Shown one piece after another: positions 1 to 12,884 of a stretch of DNA of 64,000 nt. A program made the translations under genes and the position numbers. The notes beneath the pieces were generated by a model. It saw only the letters and a list, made by a program, of their open reading frames with translations, was not told the DNA's origin and searched no databases. Within the stretch, counting starts at the first letter, position 1. Every line of letters starts with the position of its first letter. This DNA comes from Camelus ferus (Eukaryota): positions 55,244,001-55,308,000 of the forward strand of contig NC_045697.1 in the NCBI RefSeq assembly GCF_009834535.1, in the 5' to 3' direction.

Positions 1-301
1 TGATTCAAGCTTGGTCTGTTTATACTATACTAGTTGACATTCTTCTGAGGTCTCCTTTTATTAAAATAGTAGTTATATAGCTGAAAATTAGATTCTAATC
101 TTCATTTGATCTATTGAATATTGCAGAATTGAACACACTATCTTTTATCTTGAACAGGGAATGGCCCTCTCTTTATCTAATAGTTCAATAGTGGCAAGAG
201 AAACAACAATAAATCCAATCTACAAAAACATTAACAATTCTCAAGCTCTTTCAACTAGTATTCTTAATTCTCTTTCCCATCAGTGTTTGACCAGAAGTGT
301 C

Positions 302-323
302 AAAAAAAAAAAAAAAAAAAAAA
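302..323 (+). repeat. poly(A) mononucleotide tract
   Basis: Uninterrupted A run; it produces the poly-K in ORF 161..373. Confidence 0.95.
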
Positions 324-3300
324 GGAAGATGACTTTGTTGATTGACCTTCAATTTCGTTTTTGTTGTAGATAAATATGATCAGGAAAATGGCCTGCAGAT
401 AGGTGGTTGCAGAGTGAAGAATAACTGGTCCTCATGATTTATAAATTGGAAAATTGGCCCTTGCAATCCCAGGGAATTCACTGAAACTTGAGTAGCTAGT
501 GACCAAGAATAGCCACACATACAAATGTACAAATGGTTCTAGGAGACTACAAAACTAAAGAATGTGGAAACTTGCCTTTTCCACTAATCCACCGATACCC
601 TGTTTTTAAATTCTTTTTATTACAGCTCATGTCACACAGAGGACTTGTCTGGATAGCAAATATCATGAATGCAAAGTGCCTCCCTATTTTGCTTAGCAGT
701 GTATTCTCAGCAAATAACACTATGCCTGGCATAAAATAAATATTTTCTACTTAATACACCCTGATCCATAACCATAACTGTAGCTTTATTAATTCTCTAG
801 TAGAGGATTCTTATAACTTAACCCTATAGCATAGACAGTTGAATGATCACTTTTATAACATATCCTTGCCTTTCTCATTTCATGATGGAGCTTAAGAACT
901 GAATTCTTATTGATCCGTTAAAGAATATACTGGTTCAGTGTGAATTCTTAGGCATTAGAATATCCTTGTTAGTTATGAGAACTTGTACATATAGTTTAAG
1001 CTCTAAGCCTCCAGTGTTTTACTTAAGAAGGTGATCCTAATTTTACTTCTATCATTGTTTATGCCAGGAATTAGATAGGTTTTCTTAAATAGAAAATTCC
1101 TTATCAAAGTGCCTGGTACCTTTTAAGCCTTAACAGATGCCAATTATCATCAACAATGGCATTTTAGAATACAAAGGAACCTGGCCCTTAATTTTAGGAT
1201 TCTTAATATTCAAGATTACGGTACTTTAAACTAGTCTCCAATTTGTTATTGGGTTCCTGCTGGCTACAGAAGACACTTTTATATGACTATGGATTGTCTA
1301 ACAATTATGCCTGAGAGTGTCAGAATAGGGCATAACATGGCATTTTAGTCACACGAAGAGTGAAAAAGCACCGGCCGCAATGGAATGGTTGTATCTGCCT
1401 TTTCTAAAGTGCTTTGAGAGATTAAATACCTTAGGCGGGACACTCTTGCTGAGATTCTCATGCCACTTCTCATGTTCCAAGAAAGCTCTTCAGGGAAAGT
1501 CACCTAGAGTGTTCTTAGCGATAATCTACAAATTGCTGTGTGCAGAGAATTGTGTAGAAGGCTTTTGAACCAGTTTTTGCTGCTGATAACTCTTTGTGAC
1601 CACATATTTTACTTACTGCTGCTGATGTGGTTAAAGTAAAACTAAGCCTTGGCTTCGGTGTCCTCTGAGAAGACTGTTTGGGTGTGTTTTCCACAGGGAT
1701 ATGTGTGAGGCTAAATTTTAATGCTGACTTGGGAAATAGCAGTTTTCAGTTTGGGTAACATCTGCTCCAGGTAGTCTTCAACATGCAAAAGATTCACTTT
1801 ACAATACATGAGAAAGAAAGAAATCTCGTGCTGTTATTGGTGTCTTCACATTATAAGAAATGAAGATTTATAATAGTAAAAGTGCAGTTTAAAAGAAATG
1901 TTTGTGGCAAACAGCCAATTAAATTTAGCTGGGAAATGATATATAGAAATGTGAAATAATATAGAAAATATTCAGATGGTACATTTAGCAGTAGTTTCTA
2001 TTTTCTGGTGTACAGTACTTGTGATCTTTGTAAGTTCATATTACATTTGCAGTTATACCAGTCGATCCTGTTTGTAGGACTGGTTTCACAAAATAATTAT
2101 AAAATGTATTTTTCTTTACTAGAGGATATTAATAATATTTTTGGTATTTGAGCTATCATAAGGACATTAAAATACAAATTCAAAGTGGTTTGTATTGACA
2201 TCCTAAATTTTAGTAATACTTTGTCATATTTGAATTTACATTATGTACAATCACTTAGCATTTTAATTTTCTCTACAGAAACTGGAGGATACATAAAAAT
2301 CTAATGATAATTCAGACAAGGTATATTCACTTAAGATAATATGAGAGACCATTGAGCTCTCAACTAAATGGAAACACTTTTTATTTAATAATTTGCACTT
2401 AGATCTGGAGCTCAAGAGTTGTAAATTCAGTATGTTCTCTAATTTTGACATGTGATGGTAGGTAATTTCATTGATCTTTCTTTATATCAACTCTCAGATT
2501 CTTAATCTATCATCAGCTTTCAACTATTTTTATTAAATTGATTTGGGAAAGGACATACGTATTTTAAATAACAAGTGATCATAAAGTGTTTATAACAGGT
2601 TTTAAACGTGATTTGTAATTTACAATTTAATATGTACTTATAATTCACTTCGAAGAACTGAAACAACTCTATAATAAAGAGCTGAGAAATAGTCTAACTT
2701 CTTCTGTAAATGTTCAGTTCTGTGTTCTGTATATTTAAATCCATACCAAGTGAAACAGTAACTTTTGAAGATCTTTCCTTTCTCAAAACTCCCCTAAAGA
2801 AGTGAAATAGCACTGACAGCTGTGTTCAGATTTCAAAAAGATTCCTTACACAGTTAACAGGCTATGCAGGGAATGAATAGATTGGGAAATGAGATTTCAA
2901 ATTAATCTTCAGTTACCTGGAATACTCAAAAAGAGTTTTTCTGTTAATTGAATACCTTTTTTTGAGTACTAATCTTTTCTATTTTCTTCAATTTCAAAGA
3001 TTTTGAGTAAAAATATTTTCAGTAGAATAAACAATGTTTTAGTATTTTTGACAAGTTATCCAAAGTAAGAATAAGATTCTCCTGTTGTAATAAAAAGCAT
3101 TTCCCCAAGTGATTAGGTAGCACTAAGTCTAATAGACTACTAGCTATACTTTTGAAGTCTTCTAAATATCTCTTAAAATTCTCTTTCCTGTTTTTAGATT
3201 TCAGTATCATTTTACAATTTTGTCAGTTTCCTTTTCTAGCAGTTCATTTTTGAATTCTAATTGACATTTAAAAAATTTTATTCATTCGACTAGTATTTAT

Positions 3301-3574
3301 TGACTGAGTATGTGGAAGATACTGTTCACTGTCTGCAGTGGGTTGCAAGTGTCTGAGGGCTCTTCTGTGAGTATAGGGCTTACTTTGGTAATGTCAGTTT
3401 GGTGGGATGAGAAAACACGGCCCTTTATTTTCTTGATAGAGAAGTAGCTACATAGTTACTTTTTACATAAAGATATTTCAGTAGTCTCTTGAGTGATATT
3501 GCTAGACTTTGATAATTCAATTAATAACTCAAGTACTAATCCAGCAGGTTTCTAATTCGAGGGGACTTCCAAAA

Positions 3575-4270
3575 CCATTTCAATGGCACCACACTATCTT
3601 TACGGTCATTGTGTTCTTCATTGCCACACGCTTGCAGGGAAAAGAAAAGCCAGTTCACTTAATATCTTTGAAGTACTAGAAAAATTATTTAATTAAAGCT
3701 CAACCTGTAAATATACTTCTTCCTGATATTCTGCAGAATGAAATGGTAAGGACACAGCAATGTGCTCTGCTGAACAGCAGGGGCAAGTGTCTGGAGGAAA
3801 AGCTCTTGTGCAGTTCTGTAATGTGTAGGCTAAACTAGTCATTGTCCTGGCAACTAATCTTTAAGAAACTATTACTTGCACATTTTAGTGTATTATCAAA
3901 TATTCCCACAATTATCTGAAATAGTATAATTGTTTTCCAACTAAATATCTGCATGAATTTTCTTTATATACTTAAACAATACCAAAAAACCTTCAGCACA
4001 TTAGGTACAGAAGCAGATAGGAAAATTCTACTATCTGAATTTGTACATTAAAGATATTTCCTCTACACATTAACTTACTTTGTTTTGGAAAGTATCATTT
4101 TCTATAAAAAATGTTACTTATGTTAATATGCAATGTTTTCGTTGTTGTTTAAAATCATTAAGTAAATAAATTAGAGTTCTTAGTTTGAATTTCTAATAGA
4201 GTAAATATTAAGAATTACATCCTACAAAAACTCTTCTGGGCTCTGAATAATATTTAAGGGTCTTACAGTG
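3575..4270 (+). mobile_element. hAT-Charlie DNA transposon remnant (Charlie1-like), internally deleted
   Basis: Decayed transposase-like segment (GAATGAAATGGTAAGGACACAGC...TCTGGAGGAAAAGCTCTTGTGCAG) followed by a Charlie1-like 3' region (TTTGTTTTGGAAAGTAT...TGTTACTTATGTTAATATG); recalled consensus. Confidence 0.7.
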
Positions 4271-4941
4271 TCCTAATTATATCAAATAATTTAATTGGTG
4301 GAAATATATCTCCTATTTGAATCAACAAACTATTATTGACTTTGCCAGTATTATTCCTTTTCTTAGAAATTTTACGTTTAATTGGATACTGGCAAAGTCA
4401 ATGGAAGTTTTCCTTTAAAAAAAATTTCAAAAATCTCTTTGTATGAATTGTCCACTCACTCACCCAATAGATATTTATTTCTTGTCTACAATCTGTCAGG
4501 CCTGGGTCAGCTGGTAACACTCTGTTAAGCTTGTGTGAGCCTCTTTCAGCCTTACCCAGATGTTCCTCGTTACATTCTAGTCTGCATACCTGTTTCCATG
4601 TCTGTCTCTCCATTGGACACTAATTCGCTAGTGATCTTTACATCATCACTGACCATAATACTTGGCACAGGGTTAAAAAAGAGGTCATAAATTTTTCTTG
4701 AAATGATATAATTATTATAGTTTTGTCCCACTTTCCACAAAGGTTTTATAATAACTTCCAAAGACAGTAATATACATTCATTCTAGTAGGAAGTTGATTG
4801 AGACTAAGAAAACCAGGTCACAGAAATATGAAATGATTTCTCATTACCATTTAATGAAGTTTAAAATATAACATGTGCATCTCTAGTTACAAAATAGTAT
4901 ATCTGGATCTACAGCCATGCAGGTAGTTAGATGTAACCCCA

Positions 4942-5180
4942 GGGGCAGAGATTAGAGTGATGGGGCCACAAGGCAAGGAATGTTGGCAGCCACCAGACGC
5001 CGGATGAGGTAGGGAACAAATTCTCCTCTAGAATCTCTAGAAGGAATGAAGCCCTGCTGACATCTTGATTTCCACCCAGTGAAAGTGATCTCAGACTCTG
5101 GGCTAACGAACTGTAAGAGAATAAATGTGTGTTTTAAGCTACTAAATTTGATAATGTTATAGCAGCCATAAGAAACTAAC
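4942..5180 (+). mobile_element. ERVL-MaLR LTR 3' half (MLT1B/C-like)
   Basis: GCAGAGATTAGAGTGATG..GCCACAAG..CAAGGAATG..CAGCCACCAG, then GAACTGTAAGAGAATAAAT and terminal GCAGCCATAAGAAACTAAC. Confidence 0.9.
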
Positions 5181-5649
5181 AGCAATAAGGATAAATAAAA
5201 TTCTGTATACCCTACAAAGTGTTTAAGAAATGGTAACTTACAGCTTGCTCAGTTACACTTTTTAAAAAAATTAAATCTGCTAAGTGTAATTGAAGTAATT
5301 TTGTTTCTGAAGCTGCCTCCAATGTAAAATTGTAAATTCTACTGAAAAGTTCATAGTTTTAAGAGCATTGAAAAGCTTGGTTTTACCCAAATAGACCATA
5401 GTTTTCCTAGAGTTTTTAAAATGAGGAAAATAGTACCATTTCAGAGCTTTTTGTAGTTCCTGCAGTTTAGAAGTGTGTCTTCATGGAACTGAATATATTC
5501 TTGATCATTCATCAAAAGGGCAGCGTATTCATGGCGAGTGACTAACAAGACATAATTCCTTTGTTTTCTCATTGTGCGTTATTGTTACATTATCTGATGG
5601 TATTCCTCTAAAATTTGTTTGTAATCTCAGTCCTGTATCAGTGGTCTGA

Positions 5650-6600
5650 AACCACATTAAGATAGCATTTTACACCCACTGGGATGATTAAAAGACCAAC
5701 AAATGTTGGAGAGACTTGGAGAAATTGAAACCTTCATGCATTATTGGTGGAACTGTAAAATACTTTAGCCATATTGGAAAATATTTTAGCTGTTACTCAA
5801 AATGTTAAACAGAGTTATTGTACCGACACAGTGATTCCACTTTTAGGTATGTAACCAAGATAATTGAAAACATACATCCACACAAAAATCTGTATACAAA
5901 TGTTCATAGCAGCATTATTTATAATAGTCATGATCTAGAAACAACTGAAATGCCTATCAACTAATTAGTAGATAGGTAAAATGTGTTATATCCATACAAT
6001 GAAATATTATTTGGCAAAAGAAAGGAAAAAAGTGTTGTAGCATGTATCAACATGTCTGAAACTGGATATATTATGTCAAATGAAGGAGCCAGTCCCAAAA
6101 GACCACATACTGTATGATTCAATTTGTATGGCAAGTCCAGAACAGGCAAATCCATAGAGACAGAAAGTGGGTTAGTGGTTGCCAGGGATTGAAGTGGAGT
6201 GGAATGATTAGTGGCTGATAAGAGAGTTTGTTTTTTTTTTCCTTCTGGAGATAGGAAGTCACAAACATTGTATTGTACCTAGGGTAAGGGAGAAGGAAAG
6301 GATAATTGAAGAGGAAGATGATTCCCAGTAGCATTTCCTCTCACAAGGAACTATGGAACTGTCACAAGCATGCTTAGACTGCAACTATCCATTCTGCTTC
6401 CATGTTTCCTGAAAAGCCTAAGAAGGGCCAGCCTGGCAGCCCATGTGCTTCTGGTTCCAGACCAGCCCCCAAACCTATAGAGTTTCTTTTTGAAGGGATG
6501 AAAATGTCCTTCAGTTATTTGTGGTTGCACAACTCTGAGCCAAAACCCATCAAATTACACATTTTAAAAGGGTGAATTAGATGATAATTATAACACAAAG
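5650..6600 (+). mobile_element. L1MB-like ORF2 end / 3' UTR fragment, interrupted by an insertion at 6236-6478
   Basis: AAATGTTCATAGCAGCATTATTTATAATAG, TATCCATACAATGAAATATTATT, GGCAAATCCATAGAGACAGAAAGT..TTAGTGGTTGCCAGGG; resumes at 6479 with AGAGTTTCTTTTTGAAGGGATGAAAATGT. Confidence 0.9.
6236..6478 (-). pseudogene. 5'-truncated retrocopy (mRNA 3' end or orphan 3' transduction), parent unknown
   Basis: T run at the left end, AATACA on the minus strand ~28 nt upstream of the tail, and 13-bp flanks AGAGTTT[G/C]TTTTT at 6223-6235 and 6479-6491. Confidence 0.65.
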
Positions 6601-6849
6601 TTTTTTGACTTAATTTGTCCTTTTAAAAAGGCAAAAAAAGTTTGTCATTCTTTTGTGGGGCCATCTGATCTTGATTCTGAGGTTGGGCATGAGGCAGTCA
6701 TATATCTGGTTTGATGACCCTGGCACAAATTCCACTGAAGGCTGAGTTGACTTGGGAGGATCAAAGTTCTAGTTTTCCTGAGACAATTGATTCTGTTCTA
6801 AAGGGAGATCAGTGGGAAAAGCAGAGGTAGAGTTACCAGCATGATGAAG

Positions 6850-6960
6850 TCATTTTCACCCTTCCCCCATAGGACAGATGGGAAAACTAAAACTCGGAGA
6901 AATTAAATAACTTGCCCAAAGAAGCACAGCTGGAAAATAATTAAACCAAGATTACAATCT
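6850..6960 (-). mobile_element. MIR fragment
   Basis: ACAGATGGGAAAACTAAAACTCGGAGAAATTAAATAACTTGCCCAA is the reverse-complement MIR core. Confidence 0.75.
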
Positions 6961-7029
6961 TAGAGAGGAATTCTTAAATATTTAGATTATAAGAAGCTAA
7001 TGTTTTTAAATTATTAAAGTGGCTATTAT

Positions 7030-7265
7030 ATTAGCTAATTCATATATAATACATGTGGCTAAGAGTACGCTAAGAATTTCACATGAATTCAATTATTTAG
7101 TCCTCATAACACTGTGGGGTATAGGTTCTATTATATTGTCATCTCCATTACTGGTGAGGAAACTGCAGCACAGAGATGATAACTGGCCTAATTATAAGTA
7201 ACTGCCCTGGAACATAGACCCAAACCATCTCACTCTAGACCTTATGTTTTTCAACACTATGTTCT
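7030..7265 (-). mobile_element. MIR
   Basis: ATTTAGTCCTCATAACACTGTGGGGTATAGG..CCATT..TGAGGAAACTGCAGCACAGAGA. Confidence 0.85.
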
Positions 7266-7473
7266 GTTGCCTCTTGGGCATCAAGAATAACACCTTCTTC
7301 CTGGGCACAGATTTTTTAATTGGACTGAATAAAGGCAGAAATCAATCTTTTTAATATCCATTAAGCTTTCATCTGTAGTTGAATAATCTATTTCAGATTT
7401 TAGAATTAAGAATGGAAGAATGATGATTCACTATAATTTCTTAAAGTTAACATTGTGTAATCTTTGGAAAATA

Positions 7474-7705
7474 TTTTATTGAGCTAACATTGATTCATAA
7501 CATATCAGTTTCATGTGAACAACGTTATATTTCTGCTTCTGTACACCCTACAGAATGCTCACCAGCAAAAGTTTAGTTTCCATTCATCACCATACAGTTG
7601 ACCCCCATTACCCATTTCACCCTCCCTCTTGCCACTCTTCCTTTAATCTGTTCTGTGTATCCACATGTTTATTGTTTGCTTTGGTTTGCTCATTTATTTT
7701 TATTA
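7474..7705 (-). mobile_element. L1 3' end fragment (L1MA / laurasiatherian type)
   Basis: TTTATTGAG..CATAACAT..GTTTCATGTGAACAAC..CTCACCAGCAAAAGTTTAGTTTCCATTCATCACCATACAGTTGACCCC. Confidence 0.8.
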
Positions 7706-10234
7706 GTTTTTTATATAAAAGTGTTCATTATCATGTACCTATGACATGCTGTATTCTAGGTACCATGTGGGAAATTCACACTACTTTTTAATTTATATAA
7801 AGACTTTGAGAGCTAATTCTTGCAATAAAGAAGCTTAACTTTGTTTTAACACAAACCTATTTTACCATATAAAACTTAGGGGAAGACAGTGTAACCTCTT
7901 AATTTCCTACAGATGCAAAGTTTTCCAGAACACAAAACAAATGTTAAAATGACCAAGGTGGAAGTATTTCTCTCAGTTTTCATCACAGACACTATTTACG
8001 AATGGGAAATGGTTTAAATGCATTAAAGACCCATTTCCTGACTCTATTGGTTATTTATATATTTGTTTTTAAATATATAAATATTGATGATGCTCTTTCA
8101 AATAATTGTTTTCGTACTCTAACCAGATGTCACATAGAAGTTGTCAGAATTTTATTATTCATCTGTACTGAATAAGCAGGAGAGAGACATTTAAGAGTAA
8201 AACAGCTACAATGCTGTGATCGCCTGAATAGGCAGGCGACGCTTTGACAGAACTTGCATAGAATGTTACCCTGCAGACCAGAAGGATCAACTCATTTCTC
8301 AAAATACTTAAACTTGGGAGTAACTGAAGTGTTTGGGAAATACACACCAATCATGTATAAGGCATTCAAATTATACTTTGCTAGAAAAGTCTAATTGAAT
8401 GATTGAATGCCCACATTTGATGTCTCCTACTACTTAATCTATTGTAAGAGCTTTCAATCTGCTGCAAAAAGTTTAAAAATGCAGTTTCCACTCTCTCTAT
8501 ATAGCCAAGTGTATCCATTCTTCAGGCCCAACTCTAATGCACAAAAGTTTATAAAGCCTTTTATGAGTTCCAAACCAAGTGCAAATGCTCCTTCTCTAAA
8601 ACTATCTTAATGTACTTGTGATACCTACCCATGTCAACACTGAAACTGATTTACTTAGGTTCATATTGATCTTTCTCTGATAGATCCTTCCCTTAAGGAG
8701 CTTACAGTCTATGTGTAATCTAACCTTGTAGCTCTTCACGTGCCAGTAACTTAGTAAGTACTCAGTACGTGTTTGAGAAATAAATCATAATGCAAAAATG
8801 AGTAACTGAATAACATAGTTCTGATGAAAACAAATGATCTGTATCACTGTATAAATGAGTTATTTCATTACCTCCTCTGAACAAGGAAGGGAAAGTTTCC
8901 AGTGTCAGTACTATATCCTCTAGAACTGGCTTTAATCGTAGTAGATTTATGCACTGAGGTGACTAGTAAATCCCTTTAAGTATTGATCATTTTTAGAATG
9001 GTGACTGACTTTGGACAACTTCAATCTTGTGAAGTAGAACATTTAGCAGTGGCATGTTAGAAAGGGCTATGCTCTACTAGAAGTAGCAGCAGATTTATTC
9101 CAGCATTTATCTGGCTTATGCAGAATTGCTAGTCTCTTTGGTACTGTATATAACAATTTAATGCTTCTCAGCATGTTCAAGTTTATTTCTAGATGAAGGG
9201 AACATCTGAAGTCAATTTTCAGATTGTTCGAGAAGTTGGTGAGTTAATGGTCAGGATACTATAGCACTGTCTAAGATGCATTCTTTTTTCTACCATTAAT
9301 ATGCTTTAAAAATGAGAATGAACCTCTTAGAAATGGACAGGTTCAGAAGTAGCAGATTATGACCAGGCTACTTACATCGATCTAAATCCCTTATAAGTAA
9401 ATGGGTTATTCAAAAATCAACAATCTGAATTTACTTAGCTGGAGTAAAAGTAATTGTTATTATTTTATTTGGTGGTTATTATGTTTTAGAGACTGCTCTG
9501 GGTGGTTTATCTCACATAATTTTTGCAACCTCCTGAAAGAAAGATAAAAAAAAAACCACTTGGAAATCAGGGAAGTGAGGTTCAGTGCTGCGTGCCTAGT
9601 TGCCAAAAGATGTAAAAGTGAAGAGGTAGAATTCTAGCCTATGTCATCACTAATTCTGTACTTAATATACCCTCCTGACTACCTCACAGTTTTTAAAATA
9701 AGTAACAATGTTTCCTTTGACCATGAATATAATTTTGAAATAATAGTTACTGGTGGGAATTATAATACATATTTTTGCTTCTATAATCCAGTCCCTAATA
9801 ACATGTAATCTAATAATTTGTATTTTGTTAAATATATTTTGTTCTCAAGATTCTGGATAGGATAGAACTGTGATTCCCTTTTGCCTTTACCTGCTTTCAC
9901 TTCCAACGCGAAATTTTGGTTGACTCTGGGGATTAGCCATAACATTGTCCATCTAAATTTGGCAGTTCAATCAATCTACACACAGTATTAATTCATTCAG
10001 TAATTATTTCTTGAATATCTAGTGAGTGCTTGTGTATCTGGCATTCTTCTGAGGAGCCATCATATTTGTATTCTCAGGCATTGTCACCAAGGAGCTCCCA
10101 AACCTCAGGAGAGGAAGTAGATAGTCTTGCAACTCCTGACATGCTGTTTGTATTTGTTATTTCATGTATTAACGATATGATTCAAAGTATGTTCTAGATT
10201 AAGAGCCCTTTGAAAAATTTTTTAATGGACAAGA

Positions 10235-10440
10235 CAGCGATGTAGTGTATCTTAGTAGTTAGGATAGCTAGGTTCTGTAGTTTCAATTTAGTTTGGGGAT
10301 CTTGGACAATTTTTTTCATGTTTATAAGCCTCAGCTTCCCTATCTGTTAAGTGATGGTAATAAACTGAACTGAGCTATAATTAGATAAAGTAATGCTTGT
10401 GCCTGAAGCATGATAAATGAGCAGTAAACATTAGCAAACC
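10235..10440 (+). mobile_element. MIR (degraded)
   Basis: GATCTTGGACAA..AGCCTCAGCTTCCCTATCTGTTAAGTG..GGTAATAA, ending CAGTAAACATTAGC. Confidence 0.7.
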
Positions 10441-10779
10441 TTTGTTATTTCATTTCTCTTTTGGAGACTCAAAATGCACATTGTAATTGGAGAAGTGAAT
10501 CCTGTAGAAACGTAACTCTACTTAAACTTGTCTAACCCAGACTCATTGAACTATGGTACAAGTTTTTCATGTAATATTTATTAATAACATGCAGTTATTA
10601 CTTAACATAACACATTTTGGGAAATGCTGATCTAAATGACATTCAAATGTCTGAAGGTAAAATGAAAAATGTGAACATCCATATTGCATAATGTGGGGAT
10701 GTTTATAATTTTTATAAATATCTTGTTAAGATTTTTAAACATAACTTGATACTTTATCATATTGAACTCAATGCTCAAG

Positions 10780-11022
10780 AAACAAAGACTTGGTGGCAGA
10801 AAACCTTGGGTTTGAGTGCTGATGACACTGGTTACTAGTTGTGGGATTTTGAGAAAAGTACTTATTCTCTCTGAGCCCTGGTTTCTTCCGGTGTACAGTT
10901 GAAGAGAAATGATACTTACTGATGTGTGGTGGTTCTGGAGATGAATGAGGTAATAGATGAAGTATATATCGTATAATGCCAGACACAAAAGTTCTTGAAA
11001 AACTTTAGCTGTTACTATTATT
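10780..11022 (+). mobile_element. MIR (near full length)
   Basis: CTTGGGTTTGAGT..TTACTAGTTGTG..TACTTATTCTCTCTGAGCC..GTTTCTTC..AATGAGGTAATAGATG..TTAGCTGTTACTATTATT. Confidence 0.85.
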
Positions 11023-12659
11023 AGAGATTTCATCAGTGTTTCAATAACTACTTTTAGAGTTCGACATGACCTATTCAAGGTATTGATACTTTCACAATTT
11101 ATAGTATTATCACTTCCTATTATATATGTAATACATATTTTTATATAAATTATATATGTATATAACTCATATATTGTGTATTAACATTTAAGCTAAGTGG
11201 TCTATTTGGTAGAATTACCAACATTACTTTATGGAGCAGAACACAGAATATCAATTCCCTCAACTGTTTTCACTGTGTGCGGTTCTACAAATTCCTCCCA
11301 GCTTTGTTTTGTTAGAGGGAAGTGACCTTTTCCCAGGAAGGTTTTCCCTGACATGGAGCTAACATCTGCTGACTCTTAGAATCTGAGATGGTGCTAAGGA
11401 GAGTTTCTAATAAAAGTACAGGCCTCTAGAAATTGTTTTTCCTTCTAAAATCATGTCAACCAAATATCATCAACACTTCTATCCTAAATTTAAAAGTCTA
11501 CCCCTCCCTCCCCTAAAAGCAACCCACTGGAGTTTTTGTCTGTTAATGTTAATTATGGGAAATCCTAAGTGTTAACTACTGACTTTCCAATGCAAGAGTG
11601 GTGTTACAAAACACCATCACTGCTGTGTGTGCATTTCAGATGACTTTCTCTCAGTTTCACTGATGGTTTTGTGCTGATCCAGCTGGAACCTCCCTTTGTT
11701 CGTTTCCTTGGTCAGCAGGGGCTACATGATATACTTAGCTTAAGAAGGTTAAGGATGGTCAAGGAAAAGGATAAAGGAGGGAGAGATCAAAGCCTTGACC
11801 ACTGTACCCCTGACAAACTTCTTAACACTGGAGCGCACCAAGATCATTCTGCTCAGCCAGCTACTTCCAAATGGGAAGTCAGCACCACCTGCTCTTCTGC
11901 CCAGTAAATCAGCTCTTTCAATTAGCTGCTGATAGAATACTGAGTTTTTTTGTTTGTTTGTTTTGAAGATTAAAATGTTGGAAGTGACAAAAATCTTCAT
12001 AAGAAAACAGTGAGTAAGAGTAGCTATTTTCTAACTTTAGAACTACTGGGTTTGAGTGAACTCAGGTAGCTTTCCAAATCTGAGCAAATATGTGTAAGCA
12101 TTTGGGAGAATAATATAATTTTTCATTACATTCTAAAATTGTCTACATTTATTCTGATGGAAAACAAAACAAAAATAGTGTTGAGACCCGTTAGCTTCTT
12201 TAGCAAATCAAGAAAGTGAGACCTGCTATGTTGTTAATAAAGCCATTTTATTATGCAAATACTTCCCCTTCACCAAACATTTAAGTAAACATTTCTACAG
12301 AACATATTTTTCCCAACTGCTGTTTTCTCTCCCACTGACCTTTCAGGGTGCTTGTAAAAGAATAAAAAAAAAACATGCTATTTTGCATTATTTTCTTTAG
12401 AAAAGAAAATGAGATTCAATAGCTATTTTAGCATTGTGCTCTCAATTTATTGCTTTCTTAAGTGTCCTTCAAAAGCAGTGCCTGTGACTTATTTGGCATT
12501 TAGTATACTCATGTCTGATTATGAAGTAACAATAAGTGGGGGTGGATTCTTGTTTTCTTTCAAAGGTCTTTTCAGTAGTTTTTTAAAGTTACCAGATTTA
12601 GTGGAAAAAAATGGAAGAACTCTGGAAATATGAGGCCAGTAAAATGTCCAGTGGTATTT

Positions 12660-12870
12660 TTCCATTTAACATTTATTTATTGAAACAAATTAAAGTAGGC
12701 AATATGGGAATAAACATGAACAAGATGCAAATTTTGCCCTCAAATTTTATAGTATAGTAGGAACGATTAAAAGTGAATAATGATGACATTAAGTAAGACA
12801 TTAAGTGTCATAAAGAAGATACAAATAAAATCTTACGAGAGCACAGAGAAGGGAGGAATTATTTCTCAGC
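12660..12870 (-). mobile_element. L2 3' fragment (probably resumes ~13470-13520 after the L1MC insertion)
   Basis: CATTTAACATTTATTTATTGA..ATGAACAAGA..TGCCCTCA..TTATAGTATAGTAGG..GAGCACAGAGAAGGG. Confidence 0.7.
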
Positions 12871-12884
12871 TGTGAAAAATAAGG

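Noticed and set aside
10632..11078. 148-aa minus-strand ORF
   Set aside because: Largely the antisense reading of a MIR plus AT-rich flank; no recognisable domain.
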